Below are positions 36,520 through 45,823 of a stretch of DNA of 45,984 bases, one piece after another. Source of the stretch: an uncultured Clostridia bacterium (GTDB lineage: Bacteria > CAYTYR01 > UBA6262); the NCBI GenBank assembly GCA_964441745.1, contig CAYTYR010000006.1, positions 62,001 through 107,984 of the forward strand. The letters are read 5' to 3'. A program made the translations under genes and the position numbers. How positions within the stretch are numbered: the stretch's first letter is position 1; each line of letters starts with the position of its first letter. The notes under the pieces were generated by a model. It made no database searches, was not told where the DNA came from, and was given only the letters and a program-made list of their open reading frames with translations.

Positions 36520-36634
36520 AAGTTATTGGGTATTGGGTTTGGAAGTAAGTTTGGCCCGAGGTCTTTGGAAGTTAGGCTCAAACCATAGACTTTAGACTTA
36601 CTTCTATACCTACTTCCACAACTAACAACTTACC
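36520..36634. repeat. ~110-bp hairpin element, copy 7
   Basis: Matches the family consensus. Confidence 0.85.
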
Positions 36635-36643
36635 TCTTATTAA

Positions 36644-37435
36644 TTACTGCAAATCCTGCAGAAAATCTGAAAGCTTTTTCTCTTCATACGCAGCGGGTAA
36701 TTTCAGCTTAAACATATCCGCAGCTATCTTCTCATTAAAAGAAAGGCCGCTGAATTTAAAAGTCGCTTTTTGCTGCAAATCACGGTCATAGACACTCACC
36801 AGTCCTGGGAAATACCTTTCTCCTACTTTAATAATCCCGCCGCGTTCCACTATTCTAATGGCTTCTTTGGTCCGCAATGACCTGACCTCATGCCTGGTAA
36901 TGACTTTTGTTGCTTTATTGACCCAAGCCAGGTTTTGCTGTCCGGCAGTGACCCAGGTGACTTTATAATCCTTTTTGTTTTCGGTGATAATAATATCCTG
37001 GCCCTGTGCCAGATCAAGCTTGGACCCATAGATAAATCCCTGCAAGAGATCATTGATTGTAAAAGCCGGACCCAATTCATAAGTTTTCCCCGTGACCAGA
37101 ATATTCCTGACCGGAATAAAAAATTGAAAATCATTCCGGTCGATCACTACCATTACCACCGGCATGCCTAAAATACCGGCTATCTCTAACCGCAGCAAGC
37201 CCGGTGAGGCATAATATATTTTCTGCGCCAGGACATAATTACCAGTATTGCTTTGCAATTGCACTTTGACCCAACCTTGTAAGCTTTGGATCTCAGTTTG
37301 CGGCTGGTCCTGCTGGCTCATTAAAGCGCCGGAGCTGAGCGTACTGGGAAAATAATAGCGGTTACAGCCAGTGAGAGTAATTAAAACACCGATCAATAGT
37401 AATTTTCGCTGCAAGTTAGTTCCTTTAGTAAACAT
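36644..37435 (-). CDS. Putative lipoprotein, LolA/LolB-like fold (DUF4292-like)
   Basis: Lipobox LTGC; PGLLRLEI..LG.P and FN......F.L.LP patterns; located between the TPR gene and ispE. Confidence 0.6.
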   Translation of the reverse strand: MFTKGTNLQRKLLLIGVLITLTGCNRYYFPSTLSSGALMSQQDQPQTEIQSLQGWVKVQLQSNTGNYVLAQKIYYASPGLLRLEIAGILGMPVVMVVIDRNDFQFFIPVRNILVTGKTYELGPAFTINDLLQGFIYGSKLDLAQGQDIIITENKKDYKVTWVTAGQQNLAWVNKATKVITRHEVRSLRTKEAIRIVERGGIIKVGERYFPGLVSVYDRDLQQKATFKFSGLSFNEKIAADMFKLKLPAAYEEKKLSDFLQDLQ

Positions 37436-37447
37436 TATGCCTGTAAT

Positions 37448-37560
37448 ATGTTTTTGGGTATTTGGTTAGGAGGTAGGTTTGGTTTAAGGTCTATGGAAGT
37501 TAGGTTTTAAACCAAGGACTAAAGACCTCCTTCTAAACTTACTTCCACAACCACCAACTT
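37448..37560. repeat. ~110-bp hairpin element, copy 8
   Basis: GGAGGTAGGTTTGG ... CTAAACTTACTTCC. Confidence 0.8.
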
Positions 37561-37577
37561 TTTACCGGTTCTTTTTG

Positions 37578-39257
37578 TTATCGCTGGATTTCCTTTACTT
37601 TTCTTTTTAAAATCTTATTCTGGGGATTGGCCGCCAGGGATTGGCGCCAATAGTGGAGAGCTTCTTCAGTTCGTAATAAAGCAGCATAGATATCACCTAG
37701 GTGTTCCAGAACTACCGGGTCTTGGCCCATATAGGTTACGGCTTTAGTCAGGTACTCCAGCGCCTCACCATACTTTTCCTGGCGGTAGTAGAGCCAGCCC
37801 AGGCTGTCAAGGAAAGCGCCATTTTCAGGTTCCAGGGAAATAGCTTTTTTAAGATATCCTTCAGCTTCAGTTAGATTTTCGCCGCGGTCAGCATAAGAAT
37901 AACCCAGATAATTTAACGCTTGAGCATTCTTGGAATTATAACTAATCGCTTTTTTCATCACGTCAACCATTTGGGGAAAATCACCGGTCTGGTCATACAG
38001 GACCCCAAGACGAAAATATAACTCATCTATTTCCGGTTCCTTATGGCCCTGGCCTAACCGTAATCCCTGCTCATTTTTAAGAATAATGGACTGCCTAAAA
38101 GCAGCAATAGCTTCTGGATATTTTTTCAAATCGGTATAGATCACACCCATAAAATAATATAGCAGCAGGTTATGTTTATCGGCGGTAATAGCTTCCTGTA
38201 TTACCGTTAAAGCTTTTTTAGGCTGTTTTTGCTGCAGGTAAAGATATCCTAAATGGAGATACATACTGCTTCTAGCTGGAAGGATAGCTCCAGCTTGCGA
38301 CTGATTGAGCGGCTGTCTGGTTGATATTTGGTCCAACCGCTGCAAAGATAGTTCATAAAAAGCAATGGCTTGTTTCAGATCCTTTTGTTCTTCACTGATC
38401 GCGGCTAAATAGAAATAACTGGAAACAGATAAATCATCAGCTGCCTTTTTTTCGATCTTCTTAAAAATATCGGCGCTCTTAATAAATTCTTTCTGTTCGT
38501 AATACAAGACTCCCAGCCGATATTGGGCCAGGCTATTACCCGGATTGATCATAATCAGCTGGTGATATGTTTCAATCGCTTTAAGATATTCCTGCGACTG
38601 TTCGTAGGCTTCAGCTAAACCGAAATAGGCCATGATATTTTCAGGCGCCAGCTTAATGACCTGCCCATAAGCTGCTATCGCCTCTTGATGTTTGTCTATG
38701 GCCAGGTAAGATCCGGCCAAACTCATATAAGCTTCTGCCTGGTCAGGAGCAAGCTGGCATACTTTTTGTAATACTTCTATCGCCTGGCTATAATTACCGA
38801 TATTCATGTACAAAGTGCCCAGGATAAATAAAGCCGCCTGGTTTCCGGGCTCTAAAGAAACAACTTGCTGGTACACAGGCACAGCTTCTTTAATCTTGTT
38901 CTGGCGAATCAGGATAGAGCCATACAGGAAATATGACGGAATATATTTTTCATCACGCTTAATAGCTTCCTGCGCTTGACGGACAGCCTGTTCAACGTCT
39001 CCGCTTAGACTATAGGCCACGCCCAACTGGACAAATAAGGGAGCGCGCAGGGAATCATAGCTTAAGGCCTGCTGGTAGGATTCGATCGCCTGCTGGTATT
39101 TACCCTCCCTTTCCTGCAGAAGTCCCTGAATAAAATAAAAATAAGCTGATCCGCTCCGGTCAATTTCATAACCAGAAACAGGAACGATAAAAGCTCCTAA
39201 AATAAAAAAAACCAGGACTGCCGGTATTAAGATTTTTAGTTTTGGCGACATGATCAC
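37578..39257 (-). CDS. Exported tetratricopeptide-repeat protein
   Basis: N-terminal hydrophobic segment, many TPRs, ALNYLGYSYAD / DSLGWLYY / EHLGD motifs. Confidence 0.92.
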   Translation of the reverse strand: MIMSPKLKILIPAVLVFFILGAFIVPVSGYEIDRSGSAYFYFIQGLLQEREGKYQQAIESYQQALSYDSLRAPLFVQLGVAYSLSGDVEQAVRQAQEAIKRDEKYIPSYFLYGSILIRQNKIKEAVPVYQQVVSLEPGNQAALFILGTLYMNIGNYSQAIEVLQKVCQLAPDQAEAYMSLAGSYLAIDKHQEAIAAYGQVIKLAPENIMAYFGLAEAYEQSQEYLKAIETYHQLIMINPGNSLAQYRLGVLYYEQKEFIKSADIFKKIEKKAADDLSVSSYFYLAAISEEQKDLKQAIAFYELSLQRLDQISTRQPLNQSQAGAILPARSSMYLHLGYLYLQQKQPKKALTVIQEAITADKHNLLLYYFMGVIYTDLKKYPEAIAAFRQSIILKNEQGLRLGQGHKEPEIDELYFRLGVLYDQTGDFPQMVDVMKKAISYNSKNAQALNYLGYSYADRGENLTEAEGYLKKAISLEPENGAFLDSLGWLYYRQEKYGEALEYLTKAVTYMGQDPVVLEHLGDIYAALLRTEEALHYWRQSLAANPQNKILKRKVKEIQR

Positions 39258-39268
39258 GCTCGTAAGTA

Positions 39269-39826
39269 TTATTTTTTAACCGTTTCAATCATAGATAAAG
39301 CGGTTAAGGATATTTCAATGCTCAGTTCTTCCGGGTCTAGCTCATTAACTCTGATCCTGATACCATCCACCCTGCTCAGTCGTGGCATTTTTTCCAGCTC
39401 TTTCAAGTATTCTATCAATTGAGGATAACTGCAGTTAAAAGTCACTTTGACCGGCGCTATTATATACTTATCAATACCATTAACTTCGCCAGGAATAATA
39501 GAACCATATTCTTTGATGCCCAAACGGGAACCAATTTGCGCCAGGTTCTGGATCAATTCAGCGATATTGATATCGGTTGGGATACGTTTCTGGATCAAAT
39601 CGATCTTGCGTTTATTATCAAAAATATCTCGTTCCAATTTAGGCACATATGATTCATCCTTCTTAATCTTGGCAAAACTAACCTCCATCGCCTGGAGTTG
39701 TGAGTTTAAAGCCATTAATTGCTTAATTTTGGTCCCTAAAAAGAGAAAATACGCACTGACCAGGCAAAGGATAACCGCCACAGCTATGAGTGAAAACTTA
39801 ATTTTAGGGGTGAATTTGAATTGCAT
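39269..39826 (-). CDS. pilO: Type IV pilus assembly protein PilO
   Basis: TM, coiled coil, IPTDINIAELI, SYPQLIEYLKELEKMPRL; follows pilMN. Confidence 0.85.
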   Translation of the reverse strand: MQFKFTPKIKFSLIAVAVILCLVSAYFLFLGTKIKQLMALNSQLQAMEVSFAKIKKDESYVPKLERDIFDNKRKIDLIQKRIPTDINIAELIQNLAQIGSRLGIKEYGSIIPGEVNGIDKYIIAPVKVTFNCSYPQLIEYLKELEKMPRLSRVDGIRIRVNELDPEELSIEISLTALSMIETVKK

Positions 39827-41514
39827 TATTTTTTGGCCTCTGGTTTTTTATCTTTCTCCGCAACCGGAGTCAGCAGTTTACACTTAATGGTCCAGCTGAC
39901 TCCCTGTTCCGTACCGATTGCCGCTAATTTAGCCCCGGTCAGTTCACAAGCACTGAAATGAGGCCATTGTTTTAAATTGACCATAAAATCAGCAACTCCT
40001 GCTGATTTAGTGGCTAATCCGACTACATTTAGTTCTAAGTTTGGCGGCGGCCCAGCTTTTTTCTTGGCTCCTTTAGCATCTTTAGCGGTTTTAGCAGTGA
40101 TTGCCGCAGCCTCCGGCGTGTCCCCGGAAATGATCACTTCGCGCAACCATACCGTAGCCGGCATAGAAACAACCAGTTCTTCCAATACCTGCGCGAGAGG
40201 AGGCGTGATAATATAAATATCTTTAAGTATACCCTCAAGCTTGGTTACTTCAGCCAAAGTTTGGGCTGACTCCTGGGTCCTTTCTACTATGTATTGCACA
40301 TTACTTAAAGCTTTTTTCATATCCGCAATTTTGTTTTCTTGCTGTTTGGTCTTAAAAGACAGCAGCAGATAGAGCAGTAAAATTATGGCTGCCGTGATTA
40401 TCCCAGCGCCTAGATAGTAAATTTTAAACGAGACCCCTTCCTTGCGCATATTATCCGGCAATAGGTTAAAGCGCTTTTCATTCTTTTTGGCTTTCATCGC
40501 CAACCCAATAGCCGTGATCAGGGATGGACCGATTTCTTCCAGCAGGCCAACCGGGATATTTTTCATTTCATTTTTAACGTTTTCCAACGGTGGATTGGCT
40601 ATTTCCAGCGGAATATCGATTTTCTCTTTTAAGAATTGCAGGACCTGCCGCAATTTACTGCCGCCGCCGCAGACAAAAGCCAGATCAATTTTCTTATGTT
40701 CCTGCAATTGAAAATAACTCAGGGAATTGCGGATCTCAGTGGCAATACGTTCAAACTGCGGGGTAACTGTCGGAGGCAATCCTTCTTTTATCTTCGAGTT
40801 TTCAGCTTTCTCATAATCCAGGTTCAATATGTCCTGGATCACCCTGGTTAGTAAATTACCGCCCAGAGGGACATTACGGGTAAAGAGCATATCCGAGCCT
40901 TTGGTCACCACCACTTCGGTGGTAGCTGCGCCCAATTCAATAATACCCGTAGTTTCCACGTTTAACCGCGGTTTGAGCACAGTAATCCCTCTCATCAAAG
41001 CAAACGAGACCACATCGATCGCCTCTTGTTCGAGCCCGATCTCACGCATTAAAGCTATATTCTTGTCAATTTCTGATTTAGGGACAACCACGACAGAGAT
41101 CCGGATCTTTTCTTCTTTCGTGGTCGCCGGATCATCCAAGGTATAATAATCAACCGCTGCCTCTTCCACCGGGAATGGTATCTCCGCCTCGATCTCGGCA
41201 ATGATCATTTTTTTGACTTCTTCCCGGGCAAGACGCATCACCGGGCCTTTAGGCAGTGAAATAATACGGTTAATCACTAACTTGCCGTTTAAGGCAGTGA
41301 CTACTTTTTTAGTTTTTAGGCCGGATTTGGGCAGGACTGCTTGGATCGCTTTGACGAGAGCTTTGTGGCGTTCTTCCTCATTGGTCAGGTCAGGAATAGC
41401 TTCAATCTGCGCATAGCCGACATGTTTTAAAATAATTTCCTTGCCGCTCTCGACAAGCTCGACGGCTTTTACATTATTAGTACCAATGTCTAAACCGATA
41501 ATAGATTTAGCCAA
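39826..41514 (-). CDS. pilM: PilM-PilN fusion protein
   Basis: IGLDIGTNNVKAVEL and CGGGSKL (actin-like PilM), then in frame FNLLP + TM + coiled coil + MPATVWL (PilN). Confidence 0.85.
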   Translation of the reverse strand: MAKSIIGLDIGTNNVKAVELVESGKEIILKHVGYAQIEAIPDLTNEEERHKALVKAIQAVLPKSGLKTKKVVTALNGKLVINRIISLPKGPVMRLAREEVKKMIIAEIEAEIPFPVEEAAVDYYTLDDPATTKEEKIRISVVVVPKSEIDKNIALMREIGLEQEAIDVVSFALMRGITVLKPRLNVETTGIIELGAATTEVVVTKGSDMLFTRNVPLGGNLLTRVIQDILNLDYEKAENSKIKEGLPPTVTPQFERIATEIRNSLSYFQLQEHKKIDLAFVCGGGSKLRQVLQFLKEKIDIPLEIANPPLENVKNEMKNIPVGLLEEIGPSLITAIGLAMKAKKNEKRFNLLPDNMRKEGVSFKIYYLGAGIITAAIILLLYLLLSFKTKQQENKIADMKKALSNVQYIVERTQESAQTLAEVTKLEGILKDIYIITPPLAQVLEELVVSMPATVWLREVIISGDTPEAAAITAKTAKDAKGAKKKAGPPPNLELNVVGLATKSAGVADFMVNLKQWPHFSACELTGAKLAAIGTEQGVSWTIKCKLLTPVAEKDKKPEAKK

Positions 41515-41542
41515 AGCTGACCTCTCCTGAATATTTCAATCA

Positions 41543-41571
41543 ATTATATGCCTATTTTTTCAGTTTGTAAA
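41543..41571 (-). promoter_or_regulatory. Putative sigma70 promoter for pilMN
   Basis: TTTACA-17 nt-TATAAT. Confidence 0.65.
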
Positions 41572-41590
41572 GAGATAAAATATACAGTAA

Positions 41591-41660
41591 AGGGTATCAG
41601 GTAATCAGGAAGAGCGCTGCCTGATGTCCTGATCTTCTGATATCCTGTTATCCTGATGCC
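41591..41660. repeat. ATCAGG/CCTGAT octamer hairpin repeat
   Basis: GTATCAGG TAATCAGG ... CCTGATGT CCTGATCT TCTGATAT CCTGTTAT CCTGATG. Confidence 0.75.
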
Positions 41661-41670
41661 TTATTTAACA

Positions 41671-43149
41671 CTAAAACGTATCCCGCCAGGATTCTTCCAT
41701 AATCGTGATGGTGCCTGTAGGAGTGACCTGGCTGGAGAATTTATAAAGACGCCCGCCATCATTACCGACATACAGATTATTGCCGTAAATACAGGGCGAA
41801 GAATTGACATCAGCATTAGTACGGTAATTAAAACGGGCGCGCAAATTAGAGATATTAAGGGCCACACAGCGATCAGAATCATTGCCAATGAACACCTGGT
41901 CATCTTGCACTGCACCGGTACTGTCGCAGTCCTGATTAGTATTGTACCAATCGATCACCTGGCCGGTAGTAGCCCGCAGTCCGTAATACCGTTTCCAATT
42001 AGAGCCAATTAATATTTCATTATAATCTTTGGCGACACTGGGAGATGACCAGAAATTTCCCCGGAAAACATTCGTTCGCCAGCAGCGAGTCCCGTTTGGG
42101 TATAAGCAATATACATAATTATCCTGGGAAGCGGTGAAAATATATCCCCAGGCAATGGCGGCCGTACTTTTCACTGCCCCGCCAGTCACATAAGGCCAGC
42201 CCGGGACTAGGGAAACGGTAGATATGTTCAAAGCATATACCCGGCTGTTGTCCGCTCCGATATAAAGTATATCATTGGCAGTGTCGATCGCCGGAGAGGA
42301 ATAAATACCGATATTAGCGCCGATCAAGTAAGGCCAGCCAATCGGAATAAAGCCGTCTTCAGCATTGAAGCAATACACATAACCATCATTGGACGCAGTA
42401 TAGATCCGGTCATTATAAAAACAGGGTGAAGCCTGCCAGGGACGGGGATTGGCCGTATTGCGATAGCGCCAGACCAGAGAGCCATCGGTCAAGTCCAAAC
42501 AATAGAAATAACCGTCATCAGAACCGAAATACACCTTATTGAACTTAGCTACAATGCAGGGAGATGAAATCACATCACCTCCAGTGGTATATCGCCACAC
42601 CTCGGATCCATCGCTGGCCCTGATGCAATAGACTCTATTATCGTTAGCGCCGAATACCACGACGTTCCGGTCCACCGCCGGGGAAGAACGGACCTGTCCG
42701 CCGGCAGTGAAGTACCAGCGCTCTCTTAATTGTCGGGCCACATAATGTTGCGGGGTATTATAGGCAGTTCGCTCAGCATCGTACTTGAACATCGGCCAGT
42801 TACCCATTCTTACCTTGACCTTGATGGTACGTTGTGCTCCTTTAAAGGTCCCGACAGATTTGATGATAATAACGCCGCTGTCTGTATCGACAAGACTGGC
42901 GGTAAAACTGCCGCCATTGAAATTCATGGTGATCCCATTCCGCCAGGAAGAATCATAATCCAGCATGGGCAAAGCATAGCTGATACCAGCTTCAGCAATA
43001 TACAAGGCTATGGTAGAGTTTTCCGTACCAGTTGCCACCCGCACATCAGTAATCAGGATATTGACAAATAATATACCCATGAGCAAGAGCACAAGGATTA
43101 TCCCGATGGCCATAATCAGAATGACGCCGCGCTTATTTTGGAGATACAT
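41671..43149 (-). CDS. PilX-like pilin N-terminus fused to a PQQ-type beta-propeller
   Basis: KRG|VILIMAIGIILVLLLMG, ALYIAEAGI, then WPMFKYD and repeated SSP.....VYFGSDDG..Y.....G...W units; start ATG 43149 after RBS GAGG. Confidence 0.8.
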   Translation of the reverse strand: MYLQNKRGVILIMAIGIILVLLLMGILFVNILITDVRVATGTENSTIALYIAEAGISYALPMLDYDSSWRNGITMNFNGGSFTASLVDTDSGVIIIKSVGTFKGAQRTIKVKVRMGNWPMFKYDAERTAYNTPQHYVARQLRERWYFTAGGQVRSSPAVDRNVVVFGANDNRVYCIRASDGSEVWRYTTGGDVISSPCIVAKFNKVYFGSDDGYFYCLDLTDGSLVWRYRNTANPRPWQASPCFYNDRIYTASNDGYVYCFNAEDGFIPIGWPYLIGANIGIYSSPAIDTANDILYIGADNSRVYALNISTVSLVPGWPYVTGGAVKSTAAIAWGYIFTASQDNYVYCLYPNGTRCWRTNVFRGNFWSSPSVAKDYNEILIGSNWKRYYGLRATTGQVIDWYNTNQDCDSTGAVQDDQVFIGNDSDRCVALNISNLRARFNYRTNADVNSSPCIYGNNLYVGNDGGRLYKFSSQVTPTGTITIMEESWRDTF

Positions 43150-43159
43150 TTTCAACCTC

Positions 43160-43687
43160 TTATTCCTCCGGAGGTTTATTCCTGGGACGCACTTTCGTCG
43201 CCATATTTATGGTCTGGCTGCTGGCAGCTACCTGCAAGCGCATACTGACCTGTCCTTCATATTCAACATTAAAATATAATTTCCGGACATAGTTGGCGAC
43301 AACATTGGTATCTGAACCGCCCGCGGCATAGGTGACGGTCCGCACTAATGTCCCGTCTAATTGCGGCTCATAGCGAATGGTTTGCAAATCATCGGGATTT
43401 TCCAGTTCCAGCGGAGCAAAGAAATCGATCCGGTCACGATTAGCATCAAGAGTAGTAATAGCTATACTGGAAATATCTGCCTGCCGTATTTCCCTGGACA
43501 TGGTTATGATCGCGGCCCTGGCTTGCTGGACCGAATTAGTTTGGACATCCTGGTATTTATAGGAATTGTTCCCCTCCCGCAGAATATCGTAAAGAACTAC
43601 GGTAATCAAGCTGACGATCACGATCGCGACCACAAATTCCACACCGCTTAACCCCTTATTATTGAATAATACATTTTTTCTTAACAT
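43160..43687 (-). CDS. Minor pilin (PilW/PulJ-like)
   Basis: KG|LSGVEFVVAIVIV class III signal; ARAAIITMSREIRQA. Confidence 0.8.
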   Translation of the reverse strand: MLRKNVLFNNKGLSGVEFVVAIVIVSLITVVLYDILREGNNSYKYQDVQTNSVQQARAAIITMSREIRQADISSIAITTLDANRDRIDFFAPLELENPDDLQTIRYEPQLDGTLVRTVTYAAGGSDTNVVANYVRKLYFNVEYEGQVSMRLQVAASSQTINMATKVRPRNKPPEE

Positions 43688-43729
43688 CTTCGCTTCCCGT
43701 CAACCGGTAAAATATCTAATTAATTTACT

Positions 43730-43842
43730 ATGTCATTGGGTGTTGGGTTTAGAAGTAAGTTTGGTCATAGGTCTATGGGTGTTAGGCTTTAAACCACTAA
43801 CTTTAGACTTACTTCCATACCTACTTCCACAACCAACAACTT
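43730..43842. repeat. ~110-bp hairpin element, copy 9
   Basis: Matches the family consensus. Confidence 0.85.
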
Positions 43843-43854
43843 ATTTCCCAACTT

Positions 43855-44382
43855 TTAGTAGTTTCCCTTAATTGCTTCAAGTTCGGCGCTTTGCGTGCCG
43901 TTATCCCAGGTTACAGTAACCCGTACTCTTTTGAAACGGGTAATACTCGTGGAAACCGCATCAAAATTAGCTTCCCGGACATAATCTACTGCTACTGTCC
44001 GGGTATAGCCTGTATATTCGGTCATAACCGTGCCATCCACTTCCCTGGGCGGAGACTCAGTGTAATTCCGGTAATCATCGACATCATCATAATTGCGAGT
44101 GGTCGGCAGGCCGGCACGAGTCTCCCCTGTTTCCGGCCCTAATCCTGCTGGTGAATCGGGATTACTGGGATTTTCATCGAACAGCTTAGGCATGATCTCT
44201 TCTATCAGGTCCTGTGCCAGCATGGTAGCCACGGTTATCTTTTGCGGAGTCTTGCCCTGCTTCACCCCTTGGCTAAAGACCATGATTAGCGGAACTAAAG
44301 CCACAGCGATAACCCCGACAGCAACCAGCACTTCGGCCAGGGAAAACCCAGATGTTTTATTGGATAATTTGAATAATTTCAT
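43855..44382 (-). CDS. Minor pilin (PilV/MshD-like)
   Basis: SG|FSLAEVLVAVGVI; ATMLAQDLIEEI; YDDVDDY; KRVRVTVTW. Confidence 0.82.
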   Translation of the reverse strand: MKLFKLSNKTSGFSLAEVLVAVGVIAVALVPLIMVFSQGVKQGKTPQKITVATMLAQDLIEEIMPKLFDENPSNPDSPAGLGPETGETRAGLPTTRNYDDVDDYRNYTESPPREVDGTVMTEYTGYTRTVAVDYVREANFDAVSTSITRFKRVRVTVTWDNGTQSAELEAIKGNY

Positions 44383-44434
44383 CTAGATATCCCCTGGATG
44401 ATTTCGCAGATTCCAAAAACGATTTCGCGGATAC

Positions 44435-44962
44435 TCATGGTTTGGTCCAGTAGGCTCGTCCGGTATTGTCTTCTACCCAGACTGAATAGGAATCAGATTC
44501 ATATTGCAGCACTGCTTTTCCCCCACTGGCATTGCGGCCTAAAGGATCAAATTCGATATACTCTGTCCCGTCAGGGAAAGCAGCCGAAACAATATTGACA
44601 TTATGATATTCACCTTTAGTGAAGTCACGGATCAGGGGTTTCTGATTAACCGGATCGCTCAGGATATTGGTAAAAGTGTCGGTATATACCACATAACGTT
44701 CCTGGGATGGGTAAAAAATTATCCCGCTCTTAACCTGGGTAGTTTCCGCTGTTTTCTTGGCCAACACCAGGTCAGAAACCAGCAATCTGGAAGCAGCCTT
44801 AGCCCGATAACCAAACACTCCGGTCATCCTGACAAGCACTACCGCTGTTAAAAAACAGATCAGCGCGATCATGATCATGGTTTCAATCAGGGTAAAACCC
44901 CTGAAAGAACGATGGTTCGGCCTGCTCACCATTTTATTACACCGATTTTTTAAAAGTGTCAT
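44435..44962 (-). CDS. Minor pilin (FimT/GspH-like)
   Basis: RG|FTLIETMIMIALI; IEFDPLG; VEDNTGR; exact start uncertain. Confidence 0.8.
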   Translation of the reverse strand: MTLLKNRCNKMVSRPNHRSFRGFTLIETMIMIALICFLTAVVLVRMTGVFGYRAKAASRLLVSDLVLAKKTAETTQVKSGIIFYPSQERYVVYTDTFTNILSDPVNQKPLIRDFTKGEYHNVNIVSAAFPDGTEYIEFDPLGRNASGGKAVLQYESDSYSVWVEDNTGRAYWTKP

Positions 44963-45035
44963 ATTTTTTCCCTGCCTATGTATTATCACAATCTGCCGCT
45001 AAATTCAACTCTATTCCTCGCTTGTTGCTTTATGC

Positions 45036-45788
45036 CTATATTACTTTCACTTTTTTAAAGATCCTAAAATTACCCAAATGAAGTTTTTGTAATACAAATT
45101 TCCCCACTACCGCCAGGGTAGATAAACCATAGATAGTCGAATTCAGGAAATTAATAGAAGACGCTTCTTTAAAATAGCGCGCCGGCACCGGGGTCTCACC
45201 TAACCGGAAACCGAAATAAACCGCCTCAGCCAGGAATTCGGTATCAAAGACAAAATTATCAGAATTATTCTGCCAGGGGATGGTTTCCAGCACTTTCCTG
45301 GTATAAGCCCTGAACCCGGTATGGAACTCACTCAAGTTCTGGCCAAAAAATACATTCTCTATCAAGGTGAGCGCCCGGTTACTAACATATTTATATAGCG
45401 GCATGCCCCCGGCCAATGCTTCAGCCCGGGTCCTGATCCGGGAACCCAGCATGACATCGTACAAACCTTCAGCTAAAGGCTTGATCATATAAGGGATAAG
45501 CCGTGAATCATATTGATAATCAGGATGGACCATAACGACAATATCAGCCCCTTGATCCAGGGCTTGCCGATAGCAGGTTTTTTGGTTGCCGCCATAGCCC
45601 AGGTTTTTTTCGTGAACATGAACCTGCAAGCCTAATTCACGAGCCATGGCTGCCGTATTATCGCGGCTGGCATCATCTACCACAATAATTTCATCTACTA
45701 TCCCTGGCGGTATGTCCTGGACTGTTTTGGCAATGGTTTTTTCTGCGTTATAGGCCGGCATAACGACAATTATTCTTGCTTTCAACAT
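45036..45788 (-). CDS. Glycosyltransferase family 2 (polyprenol-phosphate glycosyltransferase-like)
   Basis: [39 protein letters not shown]. Confidence 0.92.
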   Translation of the reverse strand: MLKARIIVVMPAYNAEKTIAKTVQDIPPGIVDEIIVVDDASRDNTAAMARELGLQVHVHEKNLGYGGNQKTCYRQALDQGADIVVMVHPDYQYDSRLIPYMIKPLAEGLYDVMLGSRIRTRAEALAGGMPLYKYVSNRALTLIENVFFGQNLSEFHTGFRAYTRKVLETIPWQNNSDNFVFDTEFLAEAVYFGFRLGETPVPARYFKEASSINFLNSTIYGLSTLAVVGKFVLQKLHLGNFRIFKKVKVI

Positions 45789-45823
45789 TATTCCCCCTGA
45801 AAATTACGAGTGCAAATTATTAT

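Noticed and set aside
9097-43842. The 110-bp and heptamer repeats as a CRISPR array
   Set aside because: They are dispersed single copies in separate intergenic gaps, with no repeat-spacer periodicity and no cas genes.
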